NCBI GenBank assembly: GCA_030141605.1
Contig: JAQGDQ010000304.1
Location: 1 to 64,000 of the forward strand
Length of the DNA stretch: 64,000 bases
Source: Tubiluchus corallicola
Taxonomy: Eukaryota; Animalia; Priapulida
Direction: 5' to 3'
Below are positions 29,730-37,676 of this stretch, in pieces. The notes beneath the pieces are model-generated. The model was not told the DNA's origin and did not search any database. It worked only from the letters and a program-made list of their open reading frames with translations. Numbering within the stretch: position 1 is the first letter of the stretch; each line of letters opens with the position of its first letter. The translations under genes and the position numbers were made by a program.

Positions 29730-31505
29730 ATGCAACAACTATTAAATATAACCATAAATAACAAATCCCTTCAGGTAGAGAACGGCACTACCGTGCTTGA
29801 TGCAGCCTCAAGTGTTGGAATAGAAATTCCAACACTATGCCACATGAAACTTGAAAACCTTGATATCGAAAATTGCCCGGGGGGATGCCGTGTTTGTGTA
29901 GTAGAAGTAGAAGGTAGAAAAAACCTAGCACCGGCATGCGTTACCAAAGTATTTGACGGGATGAAAATAAATACATCATCCCTGCGCGTAATCAATGCCC
30001 GCAGAGTTATTGTAGAGCTTATACTAAGTGATCACCCCGCCGAATGCCTCACGTGTGCCAAATCAGGGCGATGTAACCTGCAAGATACAGCCGTAAAGAT
30101 GGGCATACGATCTATCCACTACAAGGGGGAGCACTCTGTCTATCGTAAAGACAAATCACCCGCCATAATTCGCGATATGGACAAATGTATTATGTGTCGG
30201 CGTTGTGAAATGATGTGTAACGAAGTACAAACAGTAGGGGCTCTATCTGCAATTAAAAGAGGCTTTGAATCCGTTGTCAGCCCGGCTTTTGAAAAAGATA
30301 TCGTCGACTCAGTCTGTACTTACTGTGGACAATGTGTAGCCGTCTGCCCAGTAGGAGCATTAATTGGACGCGACCGAACAGGAGATATAATACGTTCACT
30401 ATCCGATCCCACAAAAACAGTGATAGTACAAACAGCACCTGCCGTAAGAGCAGCTTTAGGAGAACAGTTTGGAATGGAGCCGGGAACGCTGGTTACAGGG
30501 CAGATGGTAGCGGCACTAAGGCGCATAGGCTTTGACTACGTATTTGATACAGATTTTGCAGCGGACCTCACAATTATGGAAGAGGGAGCAGAACTACTCA
30601 ATAGACTGTCAAAAGTCGTCAAAGGAGACAAATCTGTTAAACTACCTATTCTCACATCATGCTGCCCAGCATGGGTAAACTTTATAGAACACAACTTCCC
30701 TACCCTGCTGGACATCCCGTCAACAGCAAAATCACCACAACAAATGTTTGGCGCAGTCGCAAAAACATACTTCGCAAACAAACTGGGTATAGACCGCAAA
30801 GACCTAGTAGTAGTGTCAATTATGCCCTGCGTCGCAAAAAAATATGAGCGGGGGCGCGAAGAATTTATCGTTAACGAGAATCCAGATGTCGACTTTGCAA
30901 TGACTACACGGGAAATATCAAGCCTTATAAAGCTAGCAAACCTCGACTTCCCATCATTGCCCGCTGAAGAGTTTGATAGCCCGATGGGGACATCCACCGG
31001 GGCATCAGTGATGTTTGGCACTACTGGTGGCGTAATAGAGGCTGCCATTCGTACAGCCTACGAAAAATACACTAAAAGGCCACTTCCTAAAATAGAGTTT
31101 GAAGAACTACGCGGAATGCAAGGACTACGCGAAGCAACAATCGATTTCGCCGGAACACCAATAAATATAGGTATAGCTCATGGGCTGGGGAACGCCAGAA
31201 AACTCCTTGATGACATCGCTTCCGGGAGAAGCCGGTATCACGCCATTGAGATCATGTCATGCCCGGGAGGATGCATAGGAGGAGGAGGACAGCCATTCCA
31301 CCACGGAAATGCTGAAATATTGAAAAAAAGACAACGCGCTATTTACGAAGATGATAGAAACAATCCCATTCGTAAATCACACGAAAACCCACACATATAT
31401 CAGCTATATGAAGAGTTCCTGGACAAACCGTTAAGCAAAAAAGCGCACGAACTACTGCACACACAGTACTTCGATAAATCCACAATTATAGATGAGAAAA
31501 GATAA
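29730..31505 (+). CDS. hndD: [FeFe]-hydrogenase catalytic subunit, group A (HndD/HydA)
   Basis: H-cluster motifs TSCCPAW, MPCVAKKYE, EIMSCPGGCIGGGGQP; N-terminal 2Fe-2S, His-ligated and 2x4Fe-4S motifs. Confidence 0.93.
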   Translation: MQQLLNITINNKSLQVENGTTVLDAASSVGIEIPTLCHMKLENLDIENCPGGCRVCVVEVEGRKNLAPACVTKVFDGMKINTSSLRVINARRVIVELILSDHPAECLTCAKSGRCNLQDTAVKMGIRSIHYKGEHSVYRKDKSPAIIRDMDKCIMCRRCEMMCNEVQTVGALSAIKRGFESVVSPAFEKDIVDSVCTYCGQCVAVCPVGALIGRDRTGDIIRSLSDPTKTVIVQTAPAVRAALGEQFGMEPGTLVTGQMVAALRRIGFDYVFDTDFAADLTIMEEGAELLNRLSKVVKGDKSVKLPILTSCCPAWVNFIEHNFPTLLDIPSTAKSPQQMFGAVAKTYFANKLGIDRKDLVVVSIMPCVAKKYERGREEFIVNENPDVDFAMTTREISSLIKLANLDFPSLPAEEFDSPMGTSTGASVMFGTTGGVIEAAIRTAYEKYTKRPLPKIEFEELRGMQGLREATIDFAGTPINIGIAHGLGNARKLLDDIASGRSRYHAIEIMSCPGGCIGGGGQPFHHGNAEILKKRQRAIYEDDRNNPIRKSHENPHIYQLYEEFLDKPLSKKAHELLHTQYFDKSTIIDEKR

Positions 31506-31539
31506 AAAATAAATAGCAGCTATAAACGTTAACTTCATC

Positions 31540-32052
31540 ATGCAGATAGTAGATAGCAAAACACATAAAGTATGCCTCTCAGCAGAGGCAATTGGCGTAG
31601 TTAAAAAAAACTGTGAAAAGTTTAACTATAGCGAAGGAGAACTGATAAACATATTACACTCCGTGCAGGAAGAGTTAGGATACCTGCCAAGGGAGGTACA
31701 AGAGCTTATAGCAAAAGAGTTGAAAATATCGGTAGCCAAAATATATGGAGTTGTAACGTTCTACTCGTTCTTCACAATGAAACCATTAGGCAAATATCCT
31801 GTCTCCCTCTGCATGGGTACCGCCTGTTATGTCCGTGGCTCCGAAAAGATTCTTGATGAGCTAAAGCGTCAGCTAAAAACAGAAGTTGGAGAACTTACGC
31901 CTGACGGGCTTTTTTCTATCTCATGCCTTCGCTGTGTGGGGGCGTGTGGACTGGCTCCAGTACTAATGATTGGAGATAAGGTATATGGGCGGGTCTCGCA
32001 GGCAGATATCAGCAATATTATATCAGTATACAGAAAAAAAGAAAAGGCCTGA
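31540..32052 (+). CDS. hndA: Hydrogenase 2Fe-2S subunit (HndA/HydC, NuoE-like)
   Basis: GVVTFYSFF, CMGTAC, CVGACGLAP. Confidence 0.88.
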   Translation: MQIVDSKTHKVCLSAEAIGVVKKNCEKFNYSEGELINILHSVQEELGYLPREVQELIAKELKISVAKIYGVVTFYSFFTMKPLGKYPVSLCMGTACYVRGSEKILDELKRQLKTEVGELTPDGLFSISCLRCVGACGLAPVLMIGDKVYGRVSQADISNIISVYRKKEKA

Positions 32053-32314
32053 CAATATTAAAATAACGTGAGATTGGAAAACACAGAAACAGAAAGCCTA
32101 AAACCAATGATAACAAAGTAGCTATCACACTAAACTTAAAAAACCAAATAGAGCACACAATACATTGTGGTGTCGATAATTTCCTCGCAAATTTAATATC
32201 CAGGTTAATTGCTTATCTCTTTTCCCCAAATAAGCCTACTTTGATCACAGATATCATTGATCGTAACAATGTAGTAAATGCTGTTTAGGTAGAACTCGCA
32301 TTAAAACAATAATC

Positions 32315-32452
32315 AAGGCACATACAAAGTGAAAGGTTTCGGAATAATTTAAGGAAAAATTCGATAAAAGAGCACAATTCATCACTTTAAATGAGGATCT
32401 TGAAGGAATTTTGAGAAAATACTAATAAAAAGATGAGTCTTGTAAAAGCCTC
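32315..32452 (+). mobile_element. MITE-like repeat family, copy I
   Basis: AAGGAAAAATTCGATAAAA...AAATGAGGATCTTGAAGGAATTTTGAGAAAATACTAATAAAAAGATGAGTCTTGTAAAAGCCTC. Confidence 0.75.
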
Positions 32453-32459
32453 ACTTTAT

Positions 32460-32494
32460 ACAGATAAAGGGAGCTTACCTCTCCCTTTGTCTGT
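32460..32494. other. 14-bp stem-loop without a U-tract
   Basis: ACAGATAAAGGGAG-CTTACCT-CTCCCTTTGTCTGT. Confidence 0.5.
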
Positions 32495-32643
32495 GTAAAC
32501 CACTTCCCCCTCCTACCCTATTTCTTCAATTATTATGTTAATATGATAAATTTATGTGAAAAAACTATAATTAATCTACTCTCCTGTGGGGCTTTTTAGG
32601 CTGATCGTGGCAAAATAGAAAAAATCGACCTAACTTATAGTAC

Positions 32644-32766
32644 AAAGACTCTCATAAAATGAAAGACTTTGGTTTTGACTGTAGAAAAGCTCGATGAAAA
32701 ACTGCGGCTTACTACCTGTTAACTAAAGACTTTGAAGAGAGCTTTGACAAAAATATTAACATAAAC
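32644..32766 (+). mobile_element. MITE-like repeat family, copy J (right terminus eroded)
   Basis: GAAAGACTTTGGTTTTGACTG...TCGATGAAAAACTGCGGCTTAC...TTTGAAGAGAGCTTTGACAAAAATATTAAC. Confidence 0.72.
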
Positions 32767-32806
32767 ACAAAGCGTAATTAAAAATCAAGCCTAAAAATAC
32801 ACTACC

Positions 32807-35800
32807 ATGCAAAAAACTTTTATTTTTCTATTCATGCTTCTTTTTATTGTAGCAGCTTGCAAAAAACAGGAAATAGGGTCTCTCAAATCCAATGAAAAAG
32901 AGATCCTTGAGTTTGAAATAGAGGGTAGCATCGATGAAGCGGAGATTGATAATGAGAATCATACTATAGTTATCGCTATGCCTGAGCACGGGACTAATAT
33001 AACCCGCCTTGCTCCCAATACAATTATTGTTTCCGATAAGGCTACTGTAACACCTGGGCTCAATGTTAAGAAAGACTTTACCAACCCCGTGGAATATATT
33101 GTAATGGCAGAGGATGGGAGTACTAAAACCTACTTTGTAACTGTAGAACTAATATCCAGCAGTGCAAAAATCATTACCAGCTTTGCATTTAGAGCTGAAG
33201 ATAATAAAATTATAACAGAGAATGTAACTGCAAGTGATATAATCGAGTCATCCGGAATTATAAAAATTACAGTACCTTATCTAGCTGACAGGGAGAATCT
33301 GACACCTTTTATCAGATATCAGGGTGCATCTATATATCCTGATCAAAAAGAGGTACAGGATTTCACCAAAGAGATTTTATATACCGTAACTGCAGTTGAC
33401 GGTAGCACAAAAGAGTATACTACTATTGTTGATTTCGACCCTAAAGACAGCAAAAGAATTACCAGCTTTATCTTTGAAGCAAAGAACAACCCTTTATTGG
33501 AAGATAAAGATATAGTAGGGGAAATAGAGGGTACAATGATATCAGCTACTGTATCTTACAAAATGCTTAGCAGCCTTGTTCCCACCATTTCCTATATAGG
33601 AGTAGATATCGATCCGGCCAGCGATGTCGGTCAGGACTTTTCCAATAACGTATACTACACAGTGACGGCAGAAAATGAAAGCACACATACCTACACCGCT
33701 GCTCTCAATGTGGATAAGAATACAGATGCAGGAATTTGGAAATTTAAGCTCGATGGAGTAGAAGAAGAGAAGTTGGAGATTGACCATGTCAATGGTACAA
33801 TTACAGGAACTGCCTCGTACGGAGTAAACTTAGGAAACGTGGTCCCCAATACTATAGAGATATCTGAAGGGGCTAGTATTTACCCTTCTGTGGATGAGGC
33901 GCAAAACTTTACAAGTCCTTCAAGATACATAGTAACAGCTCAGAATGGAAAAACTCAGCAGGATTACTGGGTAACAATTGCTCCAAACTCAAGCAAAGTG
34001 ATAACAAAATTCAATTTTCTGGCAGGGGACAATCTTGGAACTGAAGATGTAGAAGGGGAGATAGATCAGGATGAAAAAATGATAACCCTTACAGTGCCGT
34101 TTGGAACTAACAAGGGCAACCTCACTCCTAGTATTGAATACAGAGGGGCAAAAATAGATCCAGATAACCACAGGGACTTTAAACTCCCTGTTAAATATAC
34201 TGTTACTGCAAACGACCAAACCACATGCACATACACCGTTACAGTAAATGAAGGGGAGAACACTGAGAAAAAGATTAAAAGTTTCAATTTTCTCGATGTA
34301 AGCAATCCATTCCCAGATGTGTTCGGTGTTGTAAATGAAACTGATAAAACGGTATCGCTTACTGTACCTTACGGAACAGATGTAACGGCACTTACTCCAA
34401 CTATTGTTATTTCGGACAATGCATCTGTTTCTCCTGACAACGGCGAAACAGCAAACTTCACTGGTAATGTAGTGTATACTGTTACTGCCCAAAATGGAGA
34501 TACACAGCAATATACTGTAACAGTTATTGAAGATGAAAGCACTGAGAAAGAGATTAAAAGTTTCAATTTTCTTGCTGAAAACAATCTATTCTCAGATGTG
34601 CTCGGTACTGTAAATGAAACTGATAAAACGGTATCACTAACTGTGCCTTATGAAACAAATCTAGCTGACCTTACTCCAACTATTGTTATTTCGGACAACG
34701 CAACTATATCTCCTAGGAGTAAGGTGAGTATGGACTTTACAGACAAAGTAGTATACACTGTCACTGCCGAAAATGGAGATACACAGCAATATGATGTTAC
34801 TGTAAGTAAAGACGAAAACACTGAGAAACAGATTAAAAGTTTCGATTTCCTCGATGTAAACAATCCATTCCCAGATGTGTTCGGCACTGTAAATGAAACT
34901 GATAAAACGGTGTCACTAACTGTGCCTTACGATACAGACATGACTGCACTTGCACCGACTATCATTATCTCAGGCAACGCAACTATATCTCCCAAAAACG
35001 AGGTAATAGTAAACTTTACAGACGAGGTAATCTACACTGTTACTGCCGAAAATGGAGATACACAGCAATATACTGTCACAGTTATTGAAGATGAAAACAC
35101 TGAGAAAAAGATTAAAAGTTTCGATTTCCTCGATGTAAACAATCCATTCCCAGATGTGTTCGGCACTGTAAATGAAACTGATAAAACGGTGTCACTAACT
35201 GTGCCTTACGATACAGACATGACTGCACTTGCACCGACTATCATTATCTCAGGCAACGCAACTATATCTCCCAAAAACGAGGTAATAGTAAACTTTACAG
35301 ACGAGGTAATCTACACTGTTACTGCCGAAAATGGAGATACACAGCAATATACTGTCACAGTTATTGAAGATGAAAACACTGAGAAAAAGATTAAAAGTTT
35401 CGATTTCCTCGATGTAAACAATCCATTCCCAGATGTGTTCGGCACTGTAAATGAAACTGATAAAACGGTGTCACTAACTGTGCCTTACGATACAGACATG
35501 ACTGCACTTGCACCGACTATCATTATCTCAGGCAACGCAACTATATCTCCCAAAAACGAGGTAATAGTAAACTTTACAGACGAGGTAATCTACACTGTTA
35601 CTGCCGAAAATGGAGATACACAGCAATATACTGTCACAGTTATTGAAGATGAAAACACTGAGAAAAAGATTAAAAGTTTCGATTTCCTCAATGTAAACAA
35701 TCCATTCCCAGATGTGTTCGGTGTTGTAAATGAAGCTGCTAAAACGGTATCACTTACTGTACCTTACGGAACAGATGTAACGGCACTTATTCCAACTATT

Positions 35801-37543
35801 GTTATTTCGGACAATGCATCTATATCTCCTGACAACGGCGAAACAGCAAACTTCACTGGTAATGTAGTGTACACTGTTACTGCTGAAAATGGTGACCAGC
35901 AGGTCTATAGTGTTACAGTAGAGATAGAGCTTAACTCAGAGGCGCTAATCACAGACTTTGGTATTAATGGAGTAAAAAATATAAGTATTGATCAAGATGC
36001 GGGCACGATTACAGGAGATGTTCCATATGGAATTACTTTGGACAACATCTCTCCGTCACTACTGGAAATATCTGAAGGAGCAACTATAGAGCCATCCAAA
36101 GATGCACTTCAGGATTTCAATCAAGAGGTGAGATACACTGTTACATCAGAAGATGAAAGTACATTAAAAGAGTATAAAGTAATATTAACGAAGCTGTCAC
36201 CAACGCTAAAATCAGCTAGCTACAGTGGTGAAGACAGGGTTGGTGCAGGAGACTTTGAGAAAAATAATCTTTTTGAGGTAGGAAACCTGAAGAACGGTAA
36301 CTGGAACTATGTCCTGACAGTAGATGGAGTAAGCAGTCCCTCAGGAACTATAACTGCAACAAACAATAAAGCATCTATAAGCAACCATTTAGCTTTGAAT
36401 AGGTATCCAAATTGGAAAACCATAAACATAGATGACGGGCAACTCACTACGGAGTTAAAACTTTCAAGATCAGGTGTGCCAGAGAAAACCTTCACTTATA
36501 CTAATACCTTCAAGGAGCAGTATAGCATAAGGAGTTGGCAGGACTTACAAGGGATAAAATATGATTTAGCTGGTGATTATACCTTACAGAATGACATAAC
36601 TTTGCCAAATGATGCCCCTGGCGGCTTTCCGGAAGGGCTTTATAAGGTTGGTTTTGTTCCCTTAGGGAGCTTTTGGACTAGATTTACAGGCTCATTTGAT
36701 GGAGGTGGTCGTAAGATAATGAACCTCTTTATAGATAGAAGCCTTGATTATGCAGGTTTGTTTGGTTATACTGATGGAGCAATCATCAAAAACGTGGGAG
36801 TAGAGATATCTTCAAAAGGAGTAACGGGAGGAGAGTACAATACCGGAGGCCTGGTGGGATACCTTGATGGAAATAGCACTATTACCAATTGTTATGTTAC
36901 GGGAGGTAGTGTGAATGGAAAAATTTATACCGGAGGCTTGGTGGGATATGTCAGAAATAGCACTATTACCAATTGTTACGCGGGTAGTAGTGTGAATGGA
37001 GTAGACTATACCGGAGGCTTGGTAGGAGGATGCTATAAAGGCACTACTACCAATTGTTACTCATATAGTAGAGTGGATGGAGTATATGGTGTTGGCGGTT
37101 TGATGGGACTTGATAATTTAGGTACTATTAAAGATAACTATGCTACGGGAGATGTTGTAGGGAAAAGCCGTGTCGGCGGCTTGTTAGGAACTATCAGCGG
37201 GAGTAGGATTATAAATAATTACGCTACGGGTAATGTAACTATAACGACGGGGGGAAGTTATGCCGGCGGCTTATTGGGATTTGTAAATGACCGTGAAGTA
37301 GGAACCATTACCAGTAGCAGCTACTGGGACAAGACCAGCACAGGCCAAAATACTTCTGCCGATGGTAAAGGGGTGGGCGTCTCTTCCGGGACCAACTTGA
37401 GGCTAGATAGTGGCAAGTACTACGATATAGGTCCAAGCCCAAAAGAAGAAGTTTTCGACGGCTGGAATTTTGGTGGCAATAATGATAATAGCCCCTGGCT
37501 GTGGCAGGGTAATGGACAGTGGCCTACTCTCTATTGGCAGTAG
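32807..37543 (+). CDS. Large surface lipoprotein: ~12 Ig-like (DUF5018-like) repeats plus a C-terminal GLUG-motif region; putative adhesin
   Basis: IVAAC-KKQE lipobox; repeated I.SF.F...VPY.T....L.P.I..S..A...P....NFT..V.YTVTAENG; GGLVG/GGLLG GLUG repeats. Confidence 0.85.
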   Translation: MQKTFIFLFMLLFIVAACKKQEIGSLKSNEKEILEFEIEGSIDEAEIDNENHTIVIAMPEHGTNITRLAPNTIIVSDKATVTPGLNVKKDFTNPVEYIVMAEDGSTKTYFVTVELISSSAKIITSFAFRAEDNKIITENVTASDIIESSGIIKITVPYLADRENLTPFIRYQGASIYPDQKEVQDFTKEILYTVTAVDGSTKEYTTIVDFDPKDSKRITSFIFEAKNNPLLEDKDIVGEIEGTMISATVSYKMLSSLVPTISYIGVDIDPASDVGQDFSNNVYYTVTAENESTHTYTAALNVDKNTDAGIWKFKLDGVEEEKLEIDHVNGTITGTASYGVNLGNVVPNTIEISEGASIYPSVDEAQNFTSPSRYIVTAQNGKTQQDYWVTIAPNSSKVITKFNFLAGDNLGTEDVEGEIDQDEKMITLTVPFGTNKGNLTPSIEYRGAKIDPDNHRDFKLPVKYTVTANDQTTCTYTVTVNEGENTEKKIKSFNFLDVSNPFPDVFGVVNETDKTVSLTVPYGTDVTALTPTIVISDNASVSPDNGETANFTGNVVYTVTAQNGDTQQYTVTVIEDESTEKEIKSFNFLAENNLFSDVLGTVNETDKTVSLTVPYETNLADLTPTIVISDNATISPRSKVSMDFTDKVVYTVTAENGDTQQYDVTVSKDENTEKQIKSFDFLDVNNPFPDVFGTVNETDKTVSLTVPYDTDMTALAPTIIISGNATISPKNEVIVNFTDEVIYTVTAENGDTQQYTVTVIEDENTEKKIKSFDFLDVNNPFPDVFGTVNETDKTVSLTVPYDTDMTALAPTIIISGNATISPKNEVIVNFTDEVIYTVTAENGDTQQYTVTVIEDENTEKKIKSFDFLDVNNPFPDVFGTVNETDKTVSLTVPYDTDMTALAPTIIISGNATISPKNEVIVNFTDEVIYTVTAENGDTQQYTVTVIEDENTEKKIKSFDFLNVNNPFPDVFGVVNEAAKTVSLTVPYGTDVTALIPTIVISDNASISPDNGETANFTGNVVYTVTAENGDQQVYSVTVEIELNSEALITDFGINGVKNISIDQDAGTITGDVPYGITLDNISPSLLEISEGATIEPSKDALQDFNQEVRYTVTSEDESTLKEYKVILTKLSPTLKSASYSGEDRVGAGDFEKNNLFEVGNLKNGNWNYVLTVDGVSSPSGTITATNNKASISNHLALNRYPNWKTINIDDGQLTTELKLSRSGVPEKTFTYTNTFKEQYSIRSWQDLQGIKYDLAGDYTLQNDITLPNDAPGGFPEGLYKVGFVPLGSFWTRFTGSFDGGGRKIMNLFIDRSLDYAGLFGYTDGAIIKNVGVEISSKGVTGGEYNTGGLVGYLDGNSTITNCYVTGGSVNGKIYTGGLVGYVRNSTITNCYAGSSVNGVDYTGGLVGGCYKGTTTNCYSYSRVDGVYGVGGLMGLDNLGTIKDNYATGDVVGKSRVGGLLGTISGSRIINNYATGNVTITTGGSYAGGLLGFVNDREVGTITSSSYWDKTSTGQNTSADGKGVGVSSGTNLRLDSGKYYDIGPSPKEEVFDGWNFGGNNDNSPWLWQGNGQWPTLYWQ
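34256..35929 (+). repeat. Six tandem 279-bp (93-aa) coding repeats
   Basis: Unit starts at 34256, 34535, 34814, 35093, 35372, 35651; units 3-5 essentially identical, units 1 and 6 closely similar. Confidence 0.95.
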
Positions 37544-37560
37544 CAGCTAAAAAAACTATC

Positions 37561-37649
37561 AGCACTATCTCATAAACTGTGTAAATAGAAAATGCCGAGG
37601 GTTGCAACCCTCGGTATTTTTTAGTTTACACACTTTGTGAAACAGTGTC
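37561..37649 (+). mobile_element. 89-bp non-autonomous IS256 derivative (left end fused to right end)
   Basis: Matches the left end of the IS at 53510 through AACCCTCGG, then its right end TTTTTTAGTTTACACACTTTGTGAAACAGTGTC. Confidence 0.92.
37589..37622 (+). terminator. Terminator hairpin carried by the mini-IS256
   Basis: AAAATGCCGAGGGTTGCAACCCTCGGTATTTTTT between convergent genes. Confidence 0.7.
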
Positions 37650-37676
37650 GCTTGATCTAGCTAACCCGGATATGAA

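Noticed and set aside
34256-35929. Regular repeats as a CRISPR array or DGR template/variable pair
   Set aside because: Units are 279-bp in-frame coding repeats with no spacers or adenine-specific differences; no cas or reverse transcriptase gene in the window.
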